Assembly: GCA_937927415.1 (NCBI GenBank)
Contig: CALBDS010000044.1
Span: 44,404 to 108,403, forward strand
Length of the DNA: 64,000 nucleotides
DNA from: an uncultured Rhodospirillaceae bacterium
Lineage (GTDB): Bacteria; Pseudomonadota; Alphaproteobacteria; Azospirillales; Azospirillaceae
Direction: 5' to 3'
Positions within the stretch are counted from its first letter, which is position 1, and each line of letters opens with the position of its first letter. The translations under genes were made by a program, and so were the position numbers. A model generated the notes under the pieces. The model ran no database searches. It saw nothing but the letters and a program-made list of their open reading frames with translations, and had not been told where the DNA came from. Positions 27,684 to 36,073 of this stretch are shown piece after piece.

Positions 27684-28481
27684 TTACCCGGCACGGCCCG
27701 GCGCGGAACCGGCATCCACGGTGACGGTTTCCGCCGGCTGGCGGGCGGCGGCGGCACGGGCGGCCACCGTCAGGCAGGCGTCCAGGCTTTCGTTCAGCAG
27801 CCCCAGCAGCAGCTCGCGGAACGGCCCCTTGTCGCCGGCGGTGCGGGCACGGTCCACCACCTCGAAATAGGTGTCCAGCACCTCGTCGCGCAGGATGATG
27901 GGGGGGAAGCCGGCGCGGTTGAGGATCAGGTTGCCCAGCAGGGTCCCCACCGCCATGTTGCCCTGATCGAAGGGGCGGATCATCAGCAGGCGGTAATGGG
28001 CCTCCAGGGCCGTTTCGTGGCCGGCCTCCACCCGGCGCAGCCAGCCGCTGAGCGCCGACATGGACACCCGCGCCTTGGCCGGGTCGGGCACCGTGCCGTC
28101 GGGGTTGTCGTCGGGCACCCCGTCGCGGTAGCGCCCCGCCGCCGGGTCGATGCCGGCGTAGAGAACCTTGTGAAAGGCCATGACCGTGCGTTCGGTCACC
28201 GCCGTGGCGGTCTGTTCGCACAGCCGCGCCGTCAGTTGCAGCGCCTGGAGATGATTGACGGCAAGAAGCTGGTCCTTTTGCGGACGGTTGCGCAGCACCA
28301 CCCCTTTGTCCAGCACCTCCAGGATCTCGTCGGGCGTCAGATCGGCGCCTTCCAGCGACAGGCAGGCGGCGGTCAGTTCCAGTTCGAACCAGTTGGCCAG
28401 TTCGCGCACAGCCGCCGGCGCCAATGGCCGGGCGGCGTCCAACGCCCGTTTCTTGCGCGTGATATCGTCCAGCAATCCCAT
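27684..28481 (-). CDS. Fic/DOC-family protein with a degenerate active-site motif, 265 aa
   Basis: This is the C-terminal part of ORF 27684..29177, starting at the ATG at 28481 (MGLLDDITRKKR...). The rest of that ORF runs antisense through the hemerythrin gene. It shows Fic fold hallmarks: ...HKVLYAGIDPAAGRYRD...EAHYRLLMIRPFDQGNMAVGTLLGNLILNRAGFPPI. Confidence 0.8.
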   Translation of the reverse strand: MGLLDDITRKKRALDAARPLAPAAVRELANWFELELTAACLSLEGADLTPDEILEVLDKGVVLRNRPQKDQLLAVNHLQALQLTARLCEQTATAVTERTVMAFHKVLYAGIDPAAGRYRDGVPDDNPDGTVPDPAKARVSMSALSGWLRRVEAGHETALEAHYRLLMIRPFDQGNMAVGTLLGNLILNRAGFPPIILRDEVLDTYFEVVDRARTAGDKGPFRELLLGLLNESLDACLTVAARAAAARQPAETVTVDAGSAPGRAG

Positions 28482-28727
28482 GGGAATCCCCGCCCCGTCA
28501 CCGGCCCGGCCCCATGACCCGCCGGGGCCGGACCGCCGTTTTCTGTATAGGGGTTCGCCGCCGTTGCCGGAAGCGGAATTGGTCGGCGCCGGACCGCACC
28601 CGCCATGCGGGTTTTTGCCGCTTGCGATGCCCCTTGATCGCACCGGGCTGTTCGTCTTTGATGGCGGCATCCACGGCGCACGGCGCAACACCCCGCGCAT
28701 CGAACCACCAGACACCGGAGGACCGCC

Positions 28728-29135
28728 ATGACGACCCCCGATTTTGTCACCTGGGATGCGAACATGAGCGTCGGCGTCGAGGTTCTGGACGACGACCACC
28801 GACGCCTGCTCGACATGTTCAACGGGCTGCTCCGCACCAACGTGGCGACTCGCGGCAAGGAGGATCTCCAGGCGCTGCTGGCGGGCTTGCGCGATTACAC
28901 CGACGTCCATTTCAGCCGGGAAGAGGGCATGATGCGGGCGCACGGCTACCCGGATCTGGATGCCCATCTGGCCGCCCACCGCTATTTCATCGACGAAATC
29001 GCCAAGCTGCAGGCGGACTTCGAAAGCGGCCACGCCATGATGCTGCGAATCGACCTGATCCTGCTGCTCAAGGAATGGCTGATCGAACACATCCAGACGG
29101 TGGACACCCGCTACAAACCCTATATGGCCGACTGA
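28728..29135 (+). CDS. Bacteriohemerythrin, 135 aa
   Basis: The sequence FVTWDANMSVGVEVLDDDHRRLLDMFN...YTDVHFSREEGMM...YPDLDAHLAAHRYF...EWLIEHIQTVDTRY carries the hemerythrin iron-ligand motifs. Confidence 0.9.
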   Translation: MTTPDFVTWDANMSVGVEVLDDDHRRLLDMFNGLLRTNVATRGKEDLQALLAGLRDYTDVHFSREEGMMRAHGYPDLDAHLAAHRYFIDEIAKLQADFESGHAMMLRIDLILLLKEWLIEHIQTVDTRYKPYMAD

Positions 29136-29136
29136 T

Positions 29137-29161
29137 CCCTTCCCCCCGGTGGGGGGAAGGG
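29137..29161. terminator. Bidirectional hairpin between the convergent hemerythrin genes
   Basis: CCCTTCCCCCC-GGT-GGGGGGAAGGG forms an 11-bp stem. Confidence 0.4.
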
Positions 29162-29173
29162 GGCCGCGCCCGA

Positions 29174-29635
29174 TCAATGGGTGATCGGCTTCAGCGCCTC
29201 CAGGGCGTGCTGCTTGCGCTCGTCGAACAGGCTGCCCAGTTCCTCGGCCCGGCTGTCGGACAGGGCCTCGCGCGCTTCCTCGAACAGCGTGCCCTCCTCT
29301 TCCTCTATATGGTGCTGCAGCAGTTCGGTCAGCACCTGGAACTTGGCTTCCCAGGCGGTGCCGTCGTCGGGCATCCCGTTCAACTCATCCAGCAGGTTGT
29401 TGATGAGGTGATGCTCGTTCAGCCCCTCCGCCGCCTCGGCCTTGGCCTGGCGGACCTTGGCAAGGGCGGCATAGAGCACAGCCTCCTCCACCTTGTCGTG
29501 CGCCCACAATTCACGCTGGAGTTCCAGGAACAGGGTTCGGCGCTTGGCCTTCTCGCCGTTTCGCAAGCCTTCCATCTGGCCCAGCATCTCGCGGAACATG
29601 CCGTGATCCTGTTCGATGCGCTCGTAGATGTTCAT
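29174..29635 (-). CDS. Hemerythrin HHE cation-binding domain protein, 153 aa
   Basis: The sequence MNIYERIEQDHGMFREML...ELWAHDKVEEAVLY...LNEHHLI...LLQHHIEEEEGTLFEEA is a pattern typical of PF01814-type proteins. Confidence 0.8.
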   Translation of the reverse strand: MNIYERIEQDHGMFREMLGQMEGLRNGEKAKRRTLFLELQRELWAHDKVEEAVLYAALAKVRQAKAEAAEGLNEHHLINNLLDELNGMPDDGTAWEAKFQVLTELLQHHIEEEEGTLFEEAREALSDSRAEELGSLFDERKQHALEALKPITH

Positions 29636-29745
29636 GGGGAACGGTCCTCGTGTGCGGTGTCAGCGTCCCCCCGGTAACAGGGCGGGCGGGTCGGTGTTCC
29701 GAACCGGCTGTTTTTGCAGCGCAAGCGGTGGCATAGTCCGGCGCC

Positions 29746-30684
29746 ATGAACATTCTTGCCGACGTCATCCTTCCCGCCGGCCGCGCGGCGGTGGAGCTGT
29801 CCTTTTTCGTGCTGCTGCCGGTGATGGTTGTGATGCTCGCCATCATGCGGGTGCTGGAGGCCTTCGGCGTTCTCGACCGGCTGGTGCGGCTGCTGGCGCC
29901 GGTGCTGCGGCCCTTCGGCCTGACCGGGCTGGGGGTGTTCGCGGCGCTGCAGGTCAATTTCGTCAGCTTCGCCGCCCCCGTCGCCACCCTGGCGATGATG
30001 GAACAGCGCGGCACCTCCGACCGGCATCTGGCCGCCACCTTCGCCATGGTGCTGGCGATGGCCCAGGCCAACGCGGTGTTCCCGCTGGCAGCCTTGGGGC
30101 TGCGGCCCATGCCGGTGCTGGTGCTGTCGCTGGTGGGCGGGCTGGCGGCGGCGGCGGCCACCTATTACCTGTTCGGCCGCCATCTGCCGGCGGAGGAGCA
30201 GCGGCTGGACGACACCCTGCGCCACCCCACCGCCGACAACGCCAAGGGCATTCTGGACGCCATCAACCGCGCCGGGGCCGATGCCTTCAAGATCACCATC
30301 GGCGCCATCCCCATGCTGGTGCTGTCGCTGGCGGCGGTGACGGGGCTGCGCCAGGGCGGGGCCATCGACGCCCTGACCGCACTGCTGGCCCCGCTGCTGG
30401 GCGTGCTGTCCATCGACCCGCTGCTGGTGCTGCCCACCCTGACCAAGCTGGTGGCCGGCGGCACCGCCATGCTGGGGGTGGTGGGCGACATGCTGAAACA
30501 GGGCACCATGAGCGTGCCGCTGCTGAACGCCAGCGCCGGCTTTCTGATCCATCCGCTGGACCTGACCGGGCTGGCGGTGCTGATGTCGGCGGGGCGGCGG
30601 TCGGCGGCGGTGTGGCGCCCGGCGGCACTGGGCGGGTGCGTGGGCATCGCCATCCGCACGGCGGGCCATATTCTTCTTGGGTAG
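29746..30684 (+). CDS. Polytopic membrane protein, probably nucleoside-recognition (Gate) domain family
   Basis: It has eight or more hydrophobic segments. The N-terminus ...[49 protein letters not shown] resembles SpmA/SpmB/Gate-domain proteins. The family call is tentative. Confidence 0.55.
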   Translation: MNILADVILPAGRAAVELSFFVLLPVMVVMLAIMRVLEAFGVLDRLVRLLAPVLRPFGLTGLGVFAALQVNFVSFAAPVATLAMMEQRGTSDRHLAATFAMVLAMAQANAVFPLAALGLRPMPVLVLSLVGGLAAAAATYYLFGRHLPAEEQRLDDTLRHPTADNAKGILDAINRAGADAFKITIGAIPMLVLSLAAVTGLRQGGAIDALTALLAPLLGVLSIDPLLVLPTLTKLVAGGTAMLGVVGDMLKQGTMSVPLLNASAGFLIHPLDLTGLAVLMSAGRRSAAVWRPAALGGCVGIAIRTAGHILLG

Positions 30685-30772
30685 GGCGCCCTTGTGCCAT
30701 GCGGCATGCTCCGTCTGGCATAGGCGGGCGGTTCCTGATACACCAATAACCGTAACAGACGAGAGCACGGTC

Positions 30773-31372
30773 ATGCGGCGCGCCTCCATCGAGCGCAACA
30801 CCAACGAAACCCGGATCCGGGTGGCGGTCAACCTGGACGGCACCGGCGTCTACGACGTCCGCACCGGCGTCGGGTTCCTCGACCACATGCTGGAACAATT
30901 GTCCCGGCACAGCCTGATGGATCTGACGGTGGTGGCCGAGGGCGACCTGCACATCGATTTCCACCACACCACCGAAGACACCGGCATCGCCATCGGCGTG
31001 GCCGTGGCCCAGGCGCTGGGCGACCGCAAGGGCATCCAGCGTTACGGCCATTCCTATGTCCCCATGGACGAGACGCTGACCCGTGTGGCGCTGGACTTCT
31101 CCAACCGCCCCTATCTGGTGTGGAAGGTGCATTTCAGCCGCGACAAGATCGGCGACATGGACACCGAACTGTTCCGCGAATGGTTTCAGGCCTTCGCCGG
31201 GTCGGCCGGCGTGACGCTGCACGTGGAAAACCTGTACGGCGAGAACAACCACCACATCGTCGAGAGCTGTTACAAGGCCCTGGCCCGTGCCCTGCGCACG
31301 GCGGTGGAGATCGATCCGCGCAAGGCCGACGCCGTTCCGTCCACCAAGGGCACGCTGGGCGGATCGCTCTGA
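30773..31372 (+). CDS. hisB: Imidazoleglycerol-phosphate dehydratase
   Basis: The match is near-canonical: [25 protein letters not shown]...[17 protein letters not shown]...[14 protein letters not shown]...[18 protein letters not shown]. The start is taken at the internal ATG at 30773. Confidence 0.95.
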   Translation: MRRASIERNTNETRIRVAVNLDGTGVYDVRTGVGFLDHMLEQLSRHSLMDLTVVAEGDLHIDFHHTTEDTGIAIGVAVAQALGDRKGIQRYGHSYVPMDETLTRVALDFSNRPYLVWKVHFSRDKIGDMDTELFREWFQAFAGSAGVTLHVENLYGENNHHIVESCYKALARALRTAVEIDPRKADAVPSTKGTLGGSL

Positions 31373-31424
31373 TCCCCCTGCCCCGCCCCACCCGTTTTCC
31401 GACGAAGATCAACGAGGCTTCCCC

Positions 31425-32069
31425 GTGCCCACCGTCGCCCTGATCGATTACGGCTCCGGCAACCTGCGCTCCGCCGCCAAGGCGGTGGAGCGGGCGGCGG
31501 CGGATGCCGGCCTGTCCATGACCGTCACCGTCACCGCCGACGCCGACGTGGTGCGGCGGGCCGACCGCATCATCCTGCCGGGTGTGGGCGCCTTCGCCGA
31601 CTGCGGCCGCGGGCTGGCGGCAGTGCCGGGCATGCGCGATGCCATGGAAGAAGCGGTAATCCGCGGCGGGCGCCCCATGCTGGGCATCTGCGTCGGCATG
31701 CAGTTGATGGCCACCATCGGGCGGGAGCACGGCGACCACGCCGGGCTGGGCTGGATCGAGGGCGAGGTGCTGAAGCTGACCCCCAACGATCCATCCCTGA
31801 AGATCCCGCACATGGGATGGAACGAGCTTGAGATCGTCGCGGACCATCCGGTGCTGCGCAACCTGCCGGCGGGGGCGCACGGGTATTTCGTCCACTCCTA
31901 TCACTTCGTCTGCGCCAACCCGGCGCACACGCTGGCGCGGGTGGATTACGGCGGGCCGGTCACCGCCGCCATCGGCCGCGACAATCTGGTCGGCACCCAG
32001 TTCCACCCGGAAAAGAGCCAGGAAACCGGGCTGGCGCTCATCACCAACTTCCTGACCTGGAAGCCTTGA
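31425..32069 (+). CDS. hisH: Imidazole glycerol phosphate synthase, glutamine amidotransferase subunit
   Basis: The GTG start has GAGG 8 nt upstream. The sequence reads [17 protein letters not shown]...ILPGVGAF...GICVGMQLM...HMGWN...HSY...[10 protein letters not shown]. Confidence 0.9.
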   Translation: MPTVALIDYGSGNLRSAAKAVERAAADAGLSMTVTVTADADVVRRADRIILPGVGAFADCGRGLAAVPGMRDAMEEAVIRGGRPMLGICVGMQLMATIGREHGDHAGLGWIEGEVLKLTPNDPSLKIPHMGWNELEIVADHPVLRNLPAGAHGYFVHSYHFVCANPAHTLARVDYGGPVTAAIGRDNLVGTQFHPEKSQETGLALITNFLTWKP

Positions 32070-32072
32070 GCG

Positions 32073-32648
32073 ATGACGGAGCAGGCCACGCGCACCGTCA
32101 CGATTGAACAGGCCGGGGAAAAGCTCCGCCCCGCCGATCTGCATGATCTGTGCGACGCCGCCGACGAGGCCATCCGGGCCGGCGGCGGTTTCGGCTGGCT
32201 GACCCCGCCGGGGCGCGAGCTTATGGAACGCTACTGGCGCGGCGTGCTGATCGTGCCGGAACGCATCCTGTTCATCGGGCGGCTGGACGGGGTGATCGCC
32301 GGATCCGCCCAGCTTGTCCGCCCCGCCCGCAACAACGAGGCGCAATCCCACGCCTGCACCCTGACCACCGCCTTCGTCGCGTCGTGGGCGCGCGGCAACG
32401 GGGTTGCCCGCCGCCTGACCCAGGCGGTGGAGGACGAGGCGCGCGCGCTGGGCTACCGCATTCTCAACCTCGACGTCCGCGCCACCCAGACGGGGGCCAT
32501 CCACCTGTACGAACGGGCCGGCTTTACCCGGTGGGGAACGCACCCCCACTATGCCTGGGTGGACGGGCGCCCGGTCGCCGGTCATTACTATTACAAAGAT
32601 CTGACGCTTTCCCCTCCCGCCTCCCAACCGAACGAGTCCCAGCCATGA
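32073..32648 (+). CDS. GNAT-family N-acetyltransferase embedded in the his operon
   Basis: The acetyl-CoA binding region is ...[39 protein letters not shown]...[10 protein letters not shown]. It starts 3 nt after the hisH stop, and its stop overlaps the hisA ATG. Confidence 0.8.
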   Translation: MTEQATRTVTIEQAGEKLRPADLHDLCDAADEAIRAGGGFGWLTPPGRELMERYWRGVLIVPERILFIGRLDGVIAGSAQLVRPARNNEAQSHACTLTTAFVASWARGNGVARRLTQAVEDEARALGYRILNLDVRATQTGAIHLYERAGFTRWGTHPHYAWVDGRPVAGHYYYKDLTLSPPASQPNESQP

Positions 32649-33394
32649 TCCTCTACCCCGCCATCGACCTCAAGGATGGAGCCTGCGTCCGCCTCGTGCG
32701 TGGCGAGATGAGCCAGGCGACGGTCTTCAACACCGATCCCGGTGAACAGGCCCGCGCCTTTCAGGAACAGGGGTTCGAGTGGCTGCATCTGGTGGACCTG
32801 AACGGGGCCTTCGCCGGCCGCCCGGTCAATGGGGACGCGGTGGAACGCATCCTGGCGTCGGTCACCATTCCGGTGCAGCTCGGCGGCGGCATCCGTGATC
32901 TGGCGACCATCGAGATGTGGCTGTCGAAGGGCATGTCGCGGGTGATCCTGGGCACGGTGGCGCTGCGCCAGCCGGAACTGGTGAAGGAGGCCTGCCGCCT
33001 GTTCCCCGGCAAGATCGCGGTGGGCATCGACGCCCGCGAAGGCTATGTCGCCGTGGCCGGCTGGGCCGAAACGTCGGAGGTGAAGGCGCTGGATCTGGCG
33101 CTGAAGTTCGAGGATTCCGGGGTGGCGGCGATCATCTACACCGACATCAACCGCGACGGCGCCATGGGGGGCGTGAACGTGGAATCCACCGCCGATCTGG
33201 CGTTCCACCTGACCACCCCGGTCATCGCGTCGGGCGGCGTGTCGAGCATCGAGGATCTGAAGGCGCTGAAGCGTGAGGAATCCTCGGGCATCCAGGGGGT
33301 CATCTGCGGCCGTGCGCTCTATGACGGGCGCATCGACCCGGATGAGGCGCTGGCGCTGCTGTCCGCCCCCGTGACCGAAGGTGCCGGCCAATGA
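32645..33394 (+). CDS. hisA: 1-(5-phosphoribosyl)-5-[(5-phosphoribosylamino)methylideneamino]imidazole-4-carboxamide isomerase
   Basis: The sequence reads [22 protein letters not shown]...HLVDLNGAF...QLGGGIRD...GTVAL...[13 protein letters not shown]...ASGGVSS. This is the internal ATG of ORF 32150..33394. Confidence 0.95.
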   Translation: MILYPAIDLKDGACVRLVRGEMSQATVFNTDPGEQARAFQEQGFEWLHLVDLNGAFAGRPVNGDAVERILASVTIPVQLGGGIRDLATIEMWLSKGMSRVILGTVALRQPELVKEACRLFPGKIAVGIDAREGYVAVAGWAETSEVKALDLALKFEDSGVAAIIYTDINRDGAMGGVNVESTADLAFHLTTPVIASGGVSSIEDLKALKREESSGIQGVICGRALYDGRIDPDEALALLSAPVTEGAGQ

Positions 33395-34173
33395 TGAAAA
33401 TGCGCGTCATCCCCTGCCTGGACGTCAAGGACGGGCGGGTGGTCAAGGGGGTGAACTTCGTCGATCTGGTGGATGCCGGCGATCCCGTCGAACAGGCCCG
33501 CATCTATGACCGCGAAGGGGCCGACGAGTTGACCTTCCTCGACATCACCGCCAGCCACGAGAACCGCGACACCATCTTCGACGTGGTGCGGCGGACGGCG
33601 GAACAGGTGTTCATGCCGCTGACCGTCGGCGGTGGCGTGCGCACGGTGGAGGACATTCGCAAGCTGCTGCTGGCCGGGGCCGACAAGGTGTCGATCAACA
33701 CCGCCGCCGTCCACCGCCCGGAATTCGTGCGCGAAGGGGCGGAGAAGTTCGGCAGCCAGTGCATCGTCGTCGCCATCGACGCCAAGCAGACCGCTCCCGG
33801 CAAGTGGGAGGTGTTCACCCACGGCGGGCGCAACAACACCGGCCTGGACGCCATCGAATGGGCCAAGCGCATGGAATCACTGGGGGCGGGGGAAATCCTG
33901 CTGACCTCCATGGACCGTGACGGCACCAAGAGCGGCTTCGACCTGGCGTTGACGCGCAAGGTGGCGGATTCGCTCAGCATTCCCGTCATCGCGTCGGGCG
34001 GGGTGGGCACGCTGGACCATCTGGTGCAGGGGATCCGCGACGGCCACGCCACCGCGGTTCTGGCGGCGTCCATCTTCCATTTCGGTACCTACACCATCGG
34101 ACAGGCCAAGGCAGCACTGGCCGAAGCCGGCATCCCGGTGCGCCCGGTGAAGAAGGCCGCCGCTCATGTCTGA
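33391..34173 (+). CDS. hisF: Imidazole glycerol phosphate synthase, cyclase subunit
   Basis: The sequence reads [19 protein letters not shown]...[26 protein letters not shown]...TVGGGVR...[11 protein letters not shown]...[13 protein letters not shown]...ASGGVG. Confidence 0.95.
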   Translation: MMKMRVIPCLDVKDGRVVKGVNFVDLVDAGDPVEQARIYDREGADELTFLDITASHENRDTIFDVVRRTAEQVFMPLTVGGGVRTVEDIRKLLLAGADKVSINTAAVHRPEFVREGAEKFGSQCIVVAIDAKQTAPGKWEVFTHGGRNNTGLDAIEWAKRMESLGAGEILLTSMDRDGTKSGFDLALTRKVADSLSIPVIASGGVGTLDHLVQGIRDGHATAVLAASIFHFGTYTIGQAKAALAEAGIPVRPVKKAAAHV

Positions 34174-34504
34174 GGAAAAAGCCACAGCGGCGGTGCTGGA
34201 ACGGCTCTACGCCACCATCGAGGCGCGCAAGGGGGCCGATCCCGCCAGCAGCTACACCGCCAAGCTGTTCAGCCGTGGCGTGCCCAAGATCGCCCAAAAG
34301 GTGGGTGAGGAAGCGGTGGAAGCGGTGATCGAGGCCATGCGCGGCGATGCCGACGCCCTGGCCAGTGAATCCGCCGACCTGCTCTATCACCTGCTGGTGC
34401 TGTGGGCGGCCACCGGGGTGGAACCGGAAGCCGTCTTCGCCAAGCTGGCCGCACGGGAGGGTACCAGCGGCATCACCGAGAAGAATTCGCGTCCCAAGGG
34501 GTGA
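34166..34504 (+). CDS. hisE: Phosphoribosyl-ATP pyrophosphatase
   Basis: The sequence reads [47 protein letters not shown]...[13 protein letters not shown]. Confidence 0.9.
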   Translation: MSEEKATAAVLERLYATIEARKGADPASSYTAKLFSRGVPKIAQKVGEEAVEAVIEAMRGDADALASESADLLYHLLVLWAATGVEPEAVFAKLAAREGTSGITEKNSRPKG

Positions 34505-34509
34505 GACAC

Positions 34510-34881
34510 ATGGCCAAGACCTACGATACCGGCAACATCTTCGCCCGCATCCTGCGCGGCGAAATCCCGTGCAAGAAGGTGTACGAGAGCGATTACGCCC
34601 TGGCCTTCCACGACATCAACCCGCAGACGCCCACCCACGTGCTGGTGATCCCCAAGGGTCCGTATGTGGATTGGGACCATTTCAGCGCCGAAGCCTCGGA
34701 CGCCGAAATCGCCGGCCTGATCCGTGCGGCGGGCGAGGTGGCGCGTCTGGTGGGGGCGGCCGAGCCGGGATATCGGGTGCTGTCGAACTGCGGTGAGGCG
34801 GCGCATCAGGAAGTGCCGCATCTGCACCTGCACATCTTTGCCGGCCGCGATCTTGGGCGGATGATCGGCAAGGGTGAGTGA
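34510..34881 (+). CDS. HIT-family (histidine triad) protein
   Basis: This is the internal ATG of ORF 34402..34881. The sequence reads IFARILRGEIPCKKVYESDYALAFHDINPQTPTHVLVIPK...QEVPHLHLHIFAG. Confidence 0.9.
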   Translation: MAKTYDTGNIFARILRGEIPCKKVYESDYALAFHDINPQTPTHVLVIPKGPYVDWDHFSAEASDAEIAGLIRAAGEVARLVGAAEPGYRVLSNCGEAAHQEVPHLHLHIFAGRDLGRMIGKGE

Positions 34882-34958
34882 GTAAGAGTTGTCGGGGGCT
34901 GCTCGCCCCCGACACCCCATGCCGAGGGCCGGCAGCCCTTGCATCCCATAAATAAAGC

Positions 34959-35840
34959 TCAGTGCGTGCCGTTGGTCTTCAGGCCCAGCAGGCGGGCGGC
35001 GTTTTCTTTCAGGATCAAGGGGCGCACGTCGTCCTTGATGGCCAGCTTGTCGAAATCGGCAATCCAGCGGTCGGGCGTGATGAGCGGGAAGTCCGAACCG
35101 AACAGCATCTTGTGCTTCAGCAGGCTGTTGGCGTACTGCACCAGGATGGCGGGGAAATACTTGGGCGACCAGCCGGACAGGTCGATGTAGACATTCGGCT
35201 TGTGGGTCGCCACCGCCAGCGCCTCCTCCTGCCAGGGGAAGGAGGGGTGGGCCAGGATGATCGGCATGTCGGGGAAATCCGCCGCCACATCGTCCAGATG
35301 CATGGGGTTGGAATACTTCAGCCGCAGCCCCGCCCCGCCGGGCATCCCCGCCCCGATCCCGGTCTGGCCGGTGTGGAACAGCGCCGGCAGGCCGTATTCC
35401 GCGATCACCTCATAGAGCGGATAGGCCATGCGGTCGTTGGGGAAAAAACCCTGCATGGTGGGGTGGAACTTGAAGCCGCGCACCCCGTACTGCTCCACCA
35501 GCCGCCGCGCCTCGCGCACGCCGACCTTGCCGCGGGCAGGGTCGATGCTGGCGAAGGGAATCATCACGTCGCGGTTCTGGGCCACCAGTTCCGCCACCTC
35601 GTCATTGGGAACGCGGGGAATGCCGGTGCAGCACTCGGCGTCCACGGGGAAGATGACGCAGGCCATGTTGCGTGAACGGTAGTATTCGGCGATTTCCGGA
35701 ATGCCCGGCTGGCCCAGGTCATTCTTGAAATACTTGGCCTTGGCCTCCTCCATCGCCAGCGCCTCTTCCAGCAGCGGGGCGCGGCAGGATTTTTCCGCGT
35801 GGGTGTGAATGTCGATGGCGACCAGAGAGTCGATGTTCAT
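34959..35840 (-). CDS. Amidohydrolase-2 (PF04909-like) family metal-dependent hydrolase/decarboxylase
   Basis: The sequence reads AIDIHTHAE...GFKFHP...LPALFHTG...ILAHPSFPW...FGSDFPL. The substrate is unknown. Confidence 0.85.
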   Translation of the reverse strand: MNIDSLVAIDIHTHAEKSCRAPLLEEALAMEEAKAKYFKNDLGQPGIPEIAEYYRSRNMACVIFPVDAECCTGIPRVPNDEVAELVAQNRDVMIPFASIDPARGKVGVREARRLVEQYGVRGFKFHPTMQGFFPNDRMAYPLYEVIAEYGLPALFHTGQTGIGAGMPGGAGLRLKYSNPMHLDDVAADFPDMPIILAHPSFPWQEEALAVATHKPNVYIDLSGWSPKYFPAILVQYANSLLKHKMLFGSDFPLITPDRWIADFDKLAIKDDVRPLILKENAARLLGLKTNGTH

Positions 35841-35920
35841 GATGTTTCGTCCGTGATCAATGTCGAAAGAAGTCAGGCCCGGCCCGTTCGGATCACCACA
35901 CGGGAAAACCGCCCCTTTCC

Positions 35921-36036
35921 GTCATTCCCGCGAAGGCGGGAATCCAGGCGTAGAGCCGCGTTCAGCGGCGACATGACTCCCCCCCAAGATTTTGCCTTGG
36001 AGACACCTTCTGGATTCCCGCCTTCGCGGGAATGAC
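35921..36036. repeat. MITE/REP-like element bounded by perfect 27-bp inverted repeats
   Basis: GTCATTCCCGCGAAGGCGGGAATCCAG (35921-35947) and its exact reverse complement (36010-36036) are separated by 62 bp. Each arm contains its own hairpin, TCCCGC-GAAG-GCGGGA. The element lies in the intergenic region between the amidohydrolase and ACAD genes. Confidence 0.7.
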
Positions 36037-36073
36037 GGCTTTTTGGGAAAGGAACGGTTCTCCTGCACGGCTT

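Noticed and set aside
28482-29177. The N-terminal 232 aa of ORF 27684..29177, which would make a 497-aa Fic protein.
   Set aside because: That part runs antisense through the well-supported hemerythrin gene (28728-29135) and has no coding character. The Fic homology starts at the ATG at 28481.
34959-35840. The amidohydrolase-2 gene as the missing LigJ (OMA hydratase) or a LigW-type decarboxylase.
   Set aside because: It is about 50 aa shorter than LigJ, its N-terminal and internal motifs do not match my recollection of LigJ, and it lies 17 kb from the lig genes across the his-proximal boundary. I kept it as a generic amidohydrolase.
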